A DNA stretch of 64,000 nucleotides from Patescibacteria group bacterium (GCA_040384705.1 JAZKIU010000001.1:542053-606052), one strand, 5' to 3'. Positions 25,954 through 43,205 are shown, counted from the stretch's first letter. Notes: a model not told the origin generated them from the letters alone. Numbers and translations: made by a program.

Positions 25954-28605
25954 ATGGAGGTCGTCGCTAAGCAATCATTCAAGGCAATTTATTTCCCTGA
26001 CATTAGGGAGCGGGATACGAAGTCCAAATCATTTACACTTGCCTTCCCGGAAAATGAGAAGAAGGTATACGAGACAATAAGGCACTTCTCAAGCCATGAG
26101 ATGAGGAAAGTTCTAGGAGTAAAGACTTTTTCTGATCTTGAAACGTATGCCACTAAGGCCGACTTGCCGGTAAATAAATTCTGTATTAATAAGCTTAAGT
26201 ATCAACTAGCAAGAGGCGTTAGCGCCGGCCAATTCCCTATTGACCCTGCCCATGTCACCTTCCAGGGCGCTAAGGATATGCCTCTGCAAAATTGGTATCC
26301 ATATCTTGAAGGTTACTCGCCGGACTTTGTTAAGCATATTATCGACACTCACGTTCATAAGTCTGCAAAGGTTATTTACGACCCCTTCTCGGGCACTGGA
26401 ACTACACCGATAGTTGCGTCTGCGCTCGGGTTCACGGCTCTGTATTCAGAAGTTAATCCTTTGCTTCAGTTCTTAACTAAAGTTAAGACAAAGGCGCGAA
26501 ATGCTCCGAACAGAAAGAAGCTTTTACGCCAACTTGAGGCAATTCTCCCTGATCTCAGAATAGAAATTCTTAAACATGACGAGGATCAGGAATTGAGGAA
26601 GACTTATGCAGACACCTTCGGAGAGAGTAAGTTCTTCTCTGAGAAGGTCTTTAGCCATGTTCTTAAGACAAGAACATACCTGAGTACTCTCTATTTTGAG
26701 GACATACTTCTATCCGAACTAGTAACAGTAGCGGTACTTTCCAGCCTAGTTGAGAACTCTTTTCTCAAGCGCCAGGGTGATCTTAGATTTAGACGCGGAA
26801 AGGAGCTCGATGACTTGAAGACGATTGACTTCTTTGAGAGCCTGACGACCCGACTGCAGCAAATGCTTAAGGACTTGGAGCAGATTAGCTCTAGCGATGC
26901 GCCTACATTAATAACTGAGGATGCCCGAAGTGTAGGTAAGCTTCCCTTTCTAGGAATAGACGCTGTCATCACGAGTCCACCCTATCTGAACGGAACAAAC
27001 TATTTCCGCAATACTAAGGTCGAACTCTGGTTCCTTGGGTACTTAAAGACGCAAGCAGATCTAACCAACTTCAGGAGATTGGCCGTTACGGCAGGTATTA
27101 ATGATGTATCTCTCAAAGCCGAGAAATCTGTACATAACCGGGAACTAAATACGCTACTTGAGACCTTGGAGAAGAAGGCCTATGACAAGCGGATACCAAA
27201 GATGGTCTATGACTACTTCGCGGATATGGAAACAATTTTTGGCGATTTGAGAGGACAGCTTAATAAGGATGCTGTACTTGCTATCGATCTTGGTGACTCT
27301 ATCTATGGGGGTGTTCATGTAAAAACGCATAACATACTGGTATCTGTATTGGAGAATATTGGCTACGTTTTTGAAAAGGAGATTGTTCTGAGAAAGCGAC
27401 AATCAAATAACGGTCAGGAGTTAAAGCAAGTCCTGCTTATATTTAGAAACCCAGATCGAATCCAGAAAGAAAAGATAAAGCCTGAATGGCAAAAAGACTG
27501 GAAGAATTTCAAGAAGAATATACCCCACCACCAAGGGGAAATGTCTAAGCGAAACTGGGGAGACCCAATCCATTCACTCTGTTCCTATCAAGGGAAGCTC
27601 AAGCCATCAATTGCTAGCCAACTAGTCTCAATATTTGTTCCTGAGAATGGGAAGATGCTCGATATTTTTGGAGGTGTTGGCACAATTCCGCTTGAGGCCT
27701 CGCTGCAAAACAAAAAATCATACTCCTTCGATATAAGCCCTACCGCCATAGCGATATCGAGAGCAAAGCTCAACCTTCCATCGGTAAAGAAGATATGGCA
27801 GATCGTTGCGGATTTGGATTCTTGGATTCAGAGTAAGAAGTTGTCACAGGACGAGATTCTCACGACAGCCAAGTTCGGAATGAATAAGACCATGAAGGAC
27901 TACTTTCATCCAAAGACGCTCGAGGAAATTACACTTGCAAGAAAGTATTTTGCTAAGGAGGGATACGCTACAACCGAGCATGCACTTGTAATGTCTGCTC
28001 TTATGCACATTCTGCATGGGAATCGACCTTATGCACTAAGCCGCCGTTCGCATGGGATAACTCCTTTCGCCCCTACTGGCGAATTTGAGTATAAGAGCCT
28101 GATAGAAAAGCTGACCGAGAAAGTTGATCGTACCTTGACCCATCTTCAGAGGGACACCTTTAGTCCGGGAGAAGTTTGTTTCCAAGATGCTACGAAGACA
28201 TGGCCAGCAGAAGTGCGCGATCTGGATGCGATCATTACCAGCCCTCCCTTCTTTGATAGCACCCGGTTCTATGCAGCAAACTGGATGCGTCTTTGGTTTG
28301 CTGGTTGGGATGCAGCGCACTTCAAGACTCAGCCAGTGAACTTCGTTGATGAGTTACAAAAAAAAGATTTATCCATCTACGACGGTATCTTTATGCAAGC
28401 ACGGGAACGCCTCAAGAAGGATGGGGTATTTGTACTACATCTCGGCAAAAGCCATAAGTGCGACATGGCAGATGCGCTATCAGGAAGAGCTGCTCGATGG
28501 TTCGAGGTATGCGATATCTTTGAGGAGAGTGTAGAAGATGGAGAGTCTCACGGTATCAAGGACCGCGGCTCGGTTACTAAGCACCAATACCTCGTACTAC
28601 GTTAG
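25954..28605 (+). CDS. DNA amino-methyltransferase with two tandem MTase domains (likely N4-cytosine)
   Basis: Domain 1 has DPFSGTGTT and ITSPPY; domain 2 has DIFGGVGT and ITSPPF. Confidence 0.9.
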   Translation: MEVVAKQSFKAIYFPDIRERDTKSKSFTLAFPENEKKVYETIRHFSSHEMRKVLGVKTFSDLETYATKADLPVNKFCINKLKYQLARGVSAGQFPIDPAHVTFQGAKDMPLQNWYPYLEGYSPDFVKHIIDTHVHKSAKVIYDPFSGTGTTPIVASALGFTALYSEVNPLLQFLTKVKTKARNAPNRKKLLRQLEAILPDLRIEILKHDEDQELRKTYADTFGESKFFSEKVFSHVLKTRTYLSTLYFEDILLSELVTVAVLSSLVENSFLKRQGDLRFRRGKELDDLKTIDFFESLTTRLQQMLKDLEQISSSDAPTLITEDARSVGKLPFLGIDAVITSPPYLNGTNYFRNTKVELWFLGYLKTQADLTNFRRLAVTAGINDVSLKAEKSVHNRELNTLLETLEKKAYDKRIPKMVYDYFADMETIFGDLRGQLNKDAVLAIDLGDSIYGGVHVKTHNILVSVLENIGYVFEKEIVLRKRQSNNGQELKQVLLIFRNPDRIQKEKIKPEWQKDWKNFKKNIPHHQGEMSKRNWGDPIHSLCSYQGKLKPSIASQLVSIFVPENGKMLDIFGGVGTIPLEASLQNKKSYSFDISPTAIAISRAKLNLPSVKKIWQIVADLDSWIQSKKLSQDEILTTAKFGMNKTMKDYFHPKTLEEITLARKYFAKEGYATTEHALVMSALMHILHGNRPYALSRRSHGITPFAPTGEFEYKSLIEKLTEKVDRTLTHLQRDTFSPGEVCFQDATKTWPAEVRDLDAIITSPPFFDSTRFYAANWMRLWFAGWDAAHFKTQPVNFVDELQKKDLSIYDGIFMQARERLKKDGVFVLHLGKSHKCDMADALSGRAARWFEVCDIFEESVEDGESHGIKDRGSVTKHQYLVLR

Positions 28606-29606
28606 ATATAGGCAAGTATCTTTCTATTTCCGGCTGACAGCTGGGATACGAGGTCGTAGTCTTCGAGAAGCTTCTTGAGCTCGTCGATGCGCTTAGCGAG
28701 ATCAGTACCGCCACGAACGGTGAGGAACCGTGTGACACAGGCATCAACGTCGATGTTTGCGTTTACAATAGGCATCTTACTTGCCATTAAGCCTAGGTCA
28801 GCACCTGTGATTCTAGCAAGCGCTATGAGTTCGTCGTTTGTATAGAAATCGCTCGGCCATCGATCGCTCTTATTACTATTCGCATCAGTTGAGAGCAGTG
28901 CAGCGTTCTCGTCCGTAAGTGGGTAGAGCCAACGGGACGGAAGAATATGATCAACTGCCCAGGATCTTCGATCCGCTAAGTCTAGAGACTTACCAGTCTT
29001 GAAGCACTTCCCTTCAAAACGTTCGAAAAGGGCCTTCAAATCGGGCTGCCTGTTCTCGCCTTGAAGGAGAAGTTCGGCGGTGCGCCGACGTATCGAAGAC
29101 TCATAGAGCTGCTCCTTGGTTCGCTTCGGATTAAGATCGGCATTGATAACGGCCTTACAGGCTCGGCACTCCATCTGTTTCTCCAATGGACCCCAACCAA
29201 CATGTTTACTGAAATCCCTGGCAGGCAGAATTCGGCCACAGGTCCCACACTGTTTCCAGTATGCTTCTCGCGTTTCAGTTGCTGTCCTGAAGAAAGCCAT
29301 CCAGAAACGTTGAGTTGGAAGATTGCCAGCAGCAGTTTGCTCAAGCTTCCAAGTAGTAAAGGGTAGGCCCTTCCCTTCCAAGTCCGTAAGCGGGAGAGAT
29401 GATCCTTTGGCATGCTCAAAACCGCACTTATTGCATACCCATGACTCTAATTCGTATGCTTCTGTTGGCCTAAGAAGCTGAGTGCCAAGGGGCACGGTAT
29501 TAGACGTTTGACAGCGCACACATACGAAATGTGCGAAGGCAGCGTGAATTGATACGCCCGAAACTCTGGCAATATTTGTCTTATTAGTTGTAGTTCGCCT
29601 AGCCAT
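28602..29606 (-). CDS. Zn-finger HNH endonuclease, putative restriction enzyme
   Basis: CVRC, CNKC, CGTC and CRAC pairs plus VDHILP..NAALL..ANSNK. Convergent with the MTase, 4-bp overlap. Confidence 0.8.
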   Translation of the reverse strand: MARRTTTNKTNIARVSGVSIHAAFAHFVCVRCQTSNTVPLGTQLLRPTEAYELESWVCNKCGFEHAKGSSLPLTDLEGKGLPFTTWKLEQTAAGNLPTQRFWMAFFRTATETREAYWKQCGTCGRILPARDFSKHVGWGPLEKQMECRACKAVINADLNPKRTKEQLYESSIRRRTAELLLQGENRQPDLKALFERFEGKCFKTGKSLDLADRRSWAVDHILPSRWLYPLTDENAALLSTDANSNKSDRWPSDFYTNDELIALARITGADLGLMASKMPIVNANIDVDACVTRFLTVRGGTDLAKRIDELKKLLEDYDLVSQLSAGNRKILAYI

Positions 29607-29677
29607 CTGAAAGTTGACGTTCGAAGATTACGATGCCAGAAGACAACCGTCAATTGACACCCTCTTAAGCCTTACTA

Positions 29678-31012
29678 CTAGTAGGACTTAAGTCTCCGAC
29701 TCTTCTCATGCGTCCGGATCTTCTCAAGCGCCTTCGCCTCAATCTGACGGATACGCTCACGAGTCACCCCAAACTCCTTCCCCACCTCTTCAAGCGTGTG
29801 ATACACACCATCAAGCAGCCCATGGCGCATCTCAAGGATCTTGCGCTCCTTCGGGCTTAGGTCCTCAAGGATGTCACGAACCTGTTCACCGAGAATACGC
29901 TCGGAGGATTCCTGTACGGGTGATGGAATCTTATCGTCAGCGATGAAGTCGCCGAGCGTAGAGTTCTGGTCGTCGTCGGAACCGATAGGGTTCTCGAGCG
30001 AGAGGGTGTCCTGGTTTATCTTCTCTATTTGGTAGATCTTCTCCACCTCGACGCCCATCTCTATCGCTATTTCCTCGGGCTGTGGGTCACGGCCAAGCGC
30101 CTGCGCGAGGCGGCGCGATACCTGCTTGTACTTCGCGATCGTCTCCACCATGTGGACCGGGATGCGGATAGTGCGGGACTGGTCGGCAAGCGCACGGGTG
30201 ATGGCCTGACGGATCCACCAGGTCGCATACGTCGAGAACTTGAAACCCTTATGGAAGTCGAACTTATCCACGGCCTTGAAGAGACCGAGGTTACCCTCCT
30301 GGATGAGGTCGAGAAGCGTGAGGTCCGGCGAGCGGCCTACGTACTTCTTCGCGATAGAGACCACGAGGCGGAGGTTCGAACGCGCAAGGATGTTGCGTGC
30401 CTCGTCCTCGCCGTCCTCGATGCGCTTGGCGAGCTCACGCTCTTCGGACGCGGTGAGGAGCGGGTACTGCCCTATCTCACGGAGGTATATCTGGATGGAG
30501 TCGTAGCTCGATGACTCGCGGCCCTTGATGTTACGGGTCGCAAGGTACTGGTCGGTCGTGTCCTCGAGCATGCCGCCTTCGAGGATATCGATGCCGTGGG
30601 CGGTGAACCGCTCATAGAGCTCGTCGAGGAACATGATGTCGTCCTCGATGTGCGGGAACTCCTTGAGGATCTCGGAGTACGTGATGTATCCGCGCTCCTT
30701 GCCCTTCACGATGAGGCGCTCTGCCTTGTCGCCCTTCTCCGCTGCTGCCTTCGCTTTGACGCCAGTGACGGCCGCGCGGACGACGCCCATAGCGCGGACG
30801 TTCTTCGCCGCCTTCTTCGCAGGGGTTCTCTTGGCAGCCTTCTTGACCACCTTCTTAGGCGTTTTCTTTACTGCCTTCTTCACGGCCTTTTTGGTGGGTT
30901 TCTTTGTGGTTGCCATTTTTTTGGATGCGGACTTGGAGGGCGTCTTCTTCGCGCTCTTCTTCACAGCTTTCGTTGCCGCCTTCTTCTTGGCGGGTTTCTT
31001 AGATGAAGCCAT
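29678..31012 (-). CDS. rpoD: Primary sigma factor with Lys/Ala-rich N-terminal extension
   Basis: [26 protein letters not shown] and [14 protein letters not shown] motifs. Confidence 0.97.
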   Translation of the reverse strand: MASSKKPAKKKAATKAVKKSAKKTPSKSASKKMATTKKPTKKAVKKAVKKTPKKVVKKAAKRTPAKKAAKNVRAMGVVRAAVTGVKAKAAAEKGDKAERLIVKGKERGYITYSEILKEFPHIEDDIMFLDELYERFTAHGIDILEGGMLEDTTDQYLATRNIKGRESSSYDSIQIYLREIGQYPLLTASEERELAKRIEDGEDEARNILARSNLRLVVSIAKKYVGRSPDLTLLDLIQEGNLGLFKAVDKFDFHKGFKFSTYATWWIRQAITRALADQSRTIRIPVHMVETIAKYKQVSRRLAQALGRDPQPEEIAIEMGVEVEKIYQIEKINQDTLSLENPIGSDDDQNSTLGDFIADDKIPSPVQESSERILGEQVRDILEDLSPKERKILEMRHGLLDGVYHTLEEVGKEFGVTRERIRQIEAKALEKIRTHEKSRRLKSY

Positions 31013-31039
31013 AGGCGTTGTGAATACTCGGTTAAAGTT

Positions 31040-32731
31040 TTACGAAAATGATGAGAGCCGCGCTGCAAGGTCTTTGCACTCGGTCGCTACTATCTGTATC
31101 GCTTCTAGGTCGTTCGCGCTTTCGGCGAGCCGGAGCCGCATGGTAGCGTCCGTCAATCGCTCGCTAAGTACCGCACGTTCTAAGGTGCGGGTGAGATCAT
31201 CTGCCGCGGTTTCTTCCGGTGCCTCGCCAAAGGCTATGCCCGATTCAAAGAGAATGCGTTCGGGAACAGGCTCATCCGGAATACCTGCGCCAATAATACG
31301 AGAATACTCATTTTTAAGCCGTTCCGCAAGGGCGGTATCAGGATAGCTCTCTATGATGGCCCGTATCTGGAGGATGGTGCGCTCCGACGCTTTAGCTCGT
31401 GCCTGAACCACTGCTGCAGGGGCGCCTGGAGCTCGGAGGGCGGCATTCTCCGGTTGAGCTATATCCACTCGCTTAAGACCGTTCCGGATGGCGTCCGGGC
31501 TGCTCCCGAGCATACGGGCGGCAACCCCAACAAAATGCTCCCGCTCCATAGGGCTCTGTATGGAAGCCAGAAGCGGCAGGACGGTGCGCTCGGCCTCGAG
31601 TATGAGGCGATGAGGGTCCTTCTCTGTGGAAGCCAAGGTCTCGAGGAAGAACTCGATGATTGGCTTGGCCTCGGATACTCGGCGCGTGAAGTCCTGGGGC
31701 GTGTCTTTCGCGAGGTCTGCCGGGTCCTTGCCGAGCGGCATCTTCACCGCCTTTATGCGCATGCCGCTTGCAAGCGCTAAGGTCGCGGTCTTGAGCGAAG
31801 CCGCAAGCCCTGCCCTATCGGCGTCGAGCGCGAGCATGAGGTTATCGGCGTACCGCTTCATGAGCGCGAGGTGTTCCTTGGAGAGTGCGGTACCGGAAAG
31901 CGCGACCGTATTCTGGAACCCTATCTGATGCAGCATGAGGAGATCCATCTGGCCTTCGACGAGGATGGTGAAGCCGCGGGTGCGTATCGCATCCTTCGCC
32001 TTATCCATCCCGAAGAGAATCTCATGCTTCTTATACAGCTCCGTCTCGGGACTGTTCAGGTACTTCGCCTGATCGTCAGCGGAAAGCGCACGACCCGTGA
32101 ACGCGACAGTCCTTCCTGCGGAGTCGCGTATTGGGAACATGAGGCGGTTACGGAAACGGTCGTACCACGTTCCCTTCTTCCCGTCCGCCTCCTTGATGAG
32201 CCCAGCAGCAAGGAGCTCGTTCTGCGTAAAGCCGTCTGCGGTGAGCTTCTCGAGCACGACGCGCCAGGAGTCGGGAGCGAGTCCCAAGTTCCATGTCTTG
32301 ATGGATTCGGGAGTGAGCCCGCGCGAGAGCGCGTATTCGTATGCAGCACCTTTCGGGATGAGCTGCTCGGCGTAGAAGGCTTCAGCGCGACCGAGCGCTT
32401 CGCGCAGCCTGTCGAGCTTCCCTTTGTCGGCTCCGGTCCCGCGCTCATACACAAGCTCGACGCCCGCCTTCTCGGCAAGGAGCTTGAGCGCTCCCTTGAA
32501 GTCCACTCCCTCCATCTTCTCTACGAAGGTGAACATGTCGCCGCCTTGGGACGAGGAGAAACAGTAGTAGCTTCCCCGCTCGATATTCACGAAGAAGGAT
32601 GGGGTCTTCTCCTTGTTGAATGGAGAGAGACCGCGGTGATACCGCCCCGATTTGGTGAGCTTCACGTACTGCCCCACCACATCCACGATGGTGAGTTTCG
32701 CCTTTATCTGCTCTACGGTGTCTGCAGCCAT
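31040..32731 (-). CDS. dnaG: DNA primase
   Basis: EKTPSF, DRFRNRLMFPI, KYLNSPET, VEGQMD and LDAD motifs. Confidence 0.96.
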   Translation of the reverse strand: MAADTVEQIKAKLTIVDVVGQYVKLTKSGRYHRGLSPFNKEKTPSFFVNIERGSYYCFSSSQGGDMFTFVEKMEGVDFKGALKLLAEKAGVELVYERGTGADKGKLDRLREALGRAEAFYAEQLIPKGAAYEYALSRGLTPESIKTWNLGLAPDSWRVVLEKLTADGFTQNELLAAGLIKEADGKKGTWYDRFRNRLMFPIRDSAGRTVAFTGRALSADDQAKYLNSPETELYKKHEILFGMDKAKDAIRTRGFTILVEGQMDLLMLHQIGFQNTVALSGTALSKEHLALMKRYADNLMLALDADRAGLAASLKTATLALASGMRIKAVKMPLGKDPADLAKDTPQDFTRRVSEAKPIIEFFLETLASTEKDPHRLILEAERTVLPLLASIQSPMEREHFVGVAARMLGSSPDAIRNGLKRVDIAQPENAALRAPGAPAAVVQARAKASERTILQIRAIIESYPDTALAERLKNEYSRIIGAGIPDEPVPERILFESGIAFGEAPEETAADDLTRTLERAVLSERLTDATMRLRLAESANDLEAIQIVATECKDLAARLSSFS

Positions 32732-32844
32732 TTCCCCTTAGTTTACTCTTTATCTCGGAAGTAGACCTCTGAGTTGACAAATCCACATATATATTCAAGA
32801 GTGTCATCAGAAAGATCTAGGCATCATCCTGAAGGGGATATCCA

Positions 32845-33255
32845 ATGCTGAAGTACGCACTATTTGCGACCGCCCTGACAACGCTCACGGCCTGCAGTGT
32901 GGCTACCGAACGAGATCTGAAACCCGTGAAGGAGGCGTGCGGGGAGCACGCCCAAGCGGCCGCGTTCTTCGCCCAAAAGGAGCTCGACGACAAACTGCCG
33001 GATGATCGCCCCTTTTCGAGGGGCGGGTACGCTTACGAAGACCTGTCCGAGCTCGAGATCCAGACCGTCGAGTATCGACTCGGCAGGGTCGCGAAATGGA
33101 ACAGAGAGGCGGGCGCCGACAAATGTGGCAAAGCTGCCTATGACTACGCTCTCGCTTCCGAACGCCGTGATGTCGCCTATGCTCGCAAGAAGCTCATCGA
33201 GAGCAAGACGGTCGAGGTGACCCTCAAACGCGTCCCCGAGCTTCCCTCGATCTAA
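32845..33255 (+). CDS. Hypothetical lipoprotein
   Basis: Lipobox LTAC, AAGGGGA SD and TTGACA at 32774. Confidence 0.75.
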   Translation: MLKYALFATALTTLTACSVATERDLKPVKEACGEHAQAAAFFAQKELDDKLPDDRPFSRGGYAYEDLSELEIQTVEYRLGRVAKWNREAGADKCGKAAYDYALASERRDVAYARKKLIESKTVEVTLKRVPELPSI

Positions 33256-33366
33256 CGGGGCACCCAAACTCAACACTGAAGCCCGGCCTCGCGCTGGGCT
33301 TCCCTTTTATACATACGAACAAAGCCCACTCTTTCGAGCGGGCTTTGTTGCTTGTAAAAGCTGTGA

Positions 33367-40294
<6,928 letters not shown>

Positions 40295-40551
40295 GTCGCT
40301 GCGCGGTTAGTCGTCCCAGAAAACGGCAAACGGACCCGTATACACATACGAGCCGCGTCTCTCGTTTTCCGAGACGCTGTTTTGTAATAAAACCCTTGTT
40401 TTAGCCCAGCCCGACTCTCCTACCAGTCGTTACTCATTCGTATGAAGACTATACTCCCGGGCGGCCTGGGCCGCAAGGGTCCCTTGGGGAATATGGAAAT
40501 GGGCGACCCTCATTCTGAGAGTCGCCCAAGCGCGTAAACGCGGTGTTCTGA

Positions 40552-40869
40552 TTATTTCTCCTCCTTCGGGAGGCAGCCGAGCGAAACGCCCGTTGGTCTG
40601 GCGTACCGCTTGTCGAGCCAGTACGTCTCTCCGAAGGGATCCTTCTGGCCTCCGGTAGTGGACACCGATTTGGGCGGTCCCGAAAACCAGCGAGCGAGGA
40701 CATTGCCGATCGCCTTCACAGCAGAGCGGCGAGGCGTGCGAGTTCGCGGGAGATGCTTCACGTGGAGAGGTACCCATCCCGGCTCCTGAAACGCGATGGC
40801 CTTTTTGGCCACTACGATTCCAGCAACGAGGGCGACTAAGCCCCCCACGGACCATATAATCACTGACAT
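40552..40869 (-). CDS. Hypothetical protein with N-terminal TM segment
   Basis: TTGACT..CATAAT promoter upstream on the minus strand and a downstream hairpin. Confidence 0.55.
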   Translation of the reverse strand: MSVIIWSVGGLVALVAGIVVAKKAIAFQEPGWVPLHVKHLPRTRTPRRSAVKAIGNVLARWFSGPPKSVSTTGGQKDPFGETYWLDKRYARPTGVSLGCLPKEEK

Positions 40870-41004
40870 GAGAAAGACCTGTGCAACCCCGACAACCCCT
40901 ATGGTCGGTATGTGTATTATGCAAATTTGCACACCAAAGTCAATTCAGCACTGTATATAAAATAGTTACAGGCGGCTTCCTCGAAAGGAAGTCGCCTGTA
41001 GGGG

Positions 41005-41346
41005 CTAGACGTGGACGTCGACGCGGGGCGTCGGAACCCGGTCCGCCGGCCGCTTGATGTTGGTCCGAGGTGCCGGAACCGCATCCAACCGGAGGAGGAG
41101 GGTCCAGGCGCACGAGGCCGCGATACCGACGAGCCCGAAGATCATGGTCAGGCCGAACTGCTCGAAATCGAAGTAGCGTTTCTCGCTGATGGAGCCAAGC
41201 TCCGTCGCGGCTCCAGCTCCGATGAACGCCACCAGGATGATCGGGATGAGGATGTAGCCGTCCTTGATGGAGCGGTATCCTCCGAGCGCCTTCGTGATGA
41301 AGAGCGCAGCCAAGGCCATAGCCACATAGAAGTAGATATCCGGCAT
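41005..41346 (-). CDS. Hypothetical membrane protein
   Basis: Three TM segments, GGGGA SD, TTGACT..TATAGT promoter and terminator at 40967-41000. Confidence 0.7.
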   Translation of the reverse strand: MPDIYFYVAMALAALFITKALGGYRSIKDGYILIPIILVAFIGAGAATELGSISEKRYFDFEQFGLTMIFGLVGIAASCAWTLLLRLDAVPAPRTNIKRPADRVPTPRVDVHV

Positions 41347-41472
41347 TTCAGTTCCCCAACGGTGTGTCAGTGATGTAATGGACTGCTGAATGACACGAGT
41401 TCAGCGTCCGGACAGGCTGTATATACTATACACCTTCTTGCATAAAAAGTCAATACCTACAACGGTTGCGCC

Positions 41473-42132
41473 CTATTTCTTCGCTTTCTTGGCCCTATGC
41501 GCCTCTATCTTGGCGTGGTCCCCGGTGAGAAGCACCTTAGGCGCCTTGTACGCCTTCCCTTCCCACTCGATGACCTCGGGACGGGTATACGTGTCTGGCG
41601 ACGCTATGCGGCGCTCCTCCACCGACTCATCCTTGCCGAGCACGCCCGGGATACGGCGGGTGATGGCATCCACCATCGCCATAGCAGGGACTTCCCCGCC
41701 GGTGTACACCGCTTCGCCTACCGCGAACTTCTTCACGGGCGCGAGGGTCTTCAGTATCTTCTCCGCTCTCGCATCGATGCCTTCGTAGCGGCCGCAAACG
41801 AACGCCACCTCATCGAACTTGCTGAGCGCATCGGCATCCTTGTTCGTGAATTGCTTTGCGCTCGGTGAGAACCACACGATGACGCGCTTTCCATTCCGCT
41901 TCCCCAACGCCTTCTTCACTGCCTTCACTACCGGGAGAGCGGTCATAACCATGCCAGGGCCGCCACCGTACGGACGCTCGTCCACCTTGCCCCATTTGTT
42001 CGTTACAAAATCACGCGGCGACTGGTACGCCACGCTTATCTTCTTGTCCTTGCGAGCGCGCCCGAGAATAGATGCGCTCAGGTACGCCTCACAGGCTTCC
42101 GGGAACAGGGTTATGAGATGGAATTTCAGCAC
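41473..42132 (-). CDS. trmD: tRNA (guanine-N1)-methyltransferase
   Basis: VDERPYGGGPGMVM, CGRYEGID and GGEVPAM motifs. Confidence 0.96.
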   Translation of the reverse strand: MLKFHLITLFPEACEAYLSASILGRARKDKKISVAYQSPRDFVTNKWGKVDERPYGGGPGMVMTALPVVKAVKKALGKRNGKRVIVWFSPSAKQFTNKDADALSKFDEVAFVCGRYEGIDARAEKILKTLAPVKKFAVGEAVYTGGEVPAMAMVDAITRRIPGVLGKDESVEERRIASPDTYTRPEVIEWEGKAYKAPKVLLTGDHAKIEAHRAKKAKK

Positions 42133-42135
42133 GGC

Positions 42136-42438
42136 TTAGCCGAGGTCTCCCACGACCTCATCGAGGGTGCGCCCTTCGTTCTCGCGCTTGCCACCTACCG
42201 GCTCGTTTATCTTCAGGTTCACGCGTGCGTTGTGCTTCATGCCGACAACGCGCAGGAGGGTACGGAGCGCCTTCGCGATGTTGCCGTCGCGACCGATTAT
42301 CTTGCCCATGTCGTCCGGAGAGACAGTGAGCGTCAGGAGGACACCCATCTCGTCCACGGTGCGGGTTATAGAGACCGCATCAGGATTATCTACCAGCGCC
42401 TTTATAACGTATTCGAGGAATGCGTGATCTTGTTCCAT
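42136..42438 (-). CDS. khpA: KH-domain RNA-binding protein
   Basis: DMGKIIGRDG; lies between rpsP and trmD. Confidence 0.9.
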   Translation of the reverse strand: MEQDHAFLEYVIKALVDNPDAVSITRTVDEMGVLLTLTVSPDDMGKIIGRDGNIAKALRTLLRVVGMKHNARVNLKINEPVGGKRENEGRTLDEVVGDLG

Positions 42439-42519
42439 ATCGTTTCAGAATTACGGGATAGCAGCAGTTTACGTAAACAATACCAAATGTAGATGAAGGA
42501 ACGGCGAACGCCGGGAAGG

Positions 42520-42987
42520 TTAGGCAGCTGCCTCCTCTTTCACCGGCTCCTCTGCAGGAACTTCCTCGGGCGCCTCAACCACTTCTGCGGGAGCAGCCTC
42601 TTCAGGAGCCGCAACTTCTGCTGGCGCCTCTTCAGCTACCGGAGCTGCAGCGGCTGCCGCAGCCTTAGCAGCAGCTTCCTCTTCGGCCGCCTTGTTCTTG
42701 GCAACGTTCTTCTCGAGGTTCTTCTTCGAGACAACGGCCTTCTTGCTGCCTTCGATGACGCCCTGCTTGATGAGGAGGTTCGAGAGGGTCGGGGAGAGCT
42801 GCGCGCCCTTGCCCATCCAATCCTTGATGCGGTCAGCATTGACCGTCATGGCCTTGGTCTTCGGGTTATAGGTACCGACGAGGTCGATATACTTGCCGGC
42901 CTTAGGGCCGCGCGCCTTCTCGAGGACTGCCATACGAAAAGCCGCGTCGTTCTTACGGCCTATTCGCTGGAAACGTATCATCAACAT
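42520..42987 (-). CDS. rpsP: 30S ribosomal protein S16 with acidic Ala/Glu/Pro tail
   Basis: MLMIRFQRIGRK, VGTYNP and GAQLS motifs. Confidence 0.95.
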   Translation of the reverse strand: MLMIRFQRIGRKNDAAFRMAVLEKARGPKAGKYIDLVGTYNPKTKAMTVNADRIKDWMGKGAQLSPTLSNLLIKQGVIEGSKKAVVSKKNLEKNVAKNKAAEEEAAAKAAAAAAAPVAEEAPAEVAAPEEAAPAEVVEAPEEVPAEEPVKEEAAA

Positions 42988-43033
42988 AGTGGGTGGAACT
43001 GTAACAGAAACGGGTATTTGGGTCAAACGTATA

Positions 43034-43205
43034 GGAAAAGGTGCGGCGGGTCGTACCGCCGCACCTCTCAATCCTGAATCACCAGGCCACGTGGTTCTTC
43101 ACAGAACTAACCGTCCATCGGTGGCTATTCGATAGGACAGCCCTGGGGAATATCGGTCGCACCCTCAGGAATAGCCCGTCCGCAACGCGCAAGGAACGAG
43201 CCGGT
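43034..43205 (-). ncRNA. Candidate small structured RNA between two terminators
   Basis: TGCTATACT extended -10 at 43217-43209. Stems GGCTATTC/GAATAGCC and GTTCT-GTGA-AGAAC (GNRA on the minus strand). Terminator at 43066-43036. Confidence 0.45.

Larger units (their letters stand above)
25553..29660. mobile_element. AT-richer defence island (restriction-modification)
   Basis: Visible drop in GC and shift in codon usage relative to the flanks; contains MTase and nuclease genes. No integrase is seen. Confidence 0.65.
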
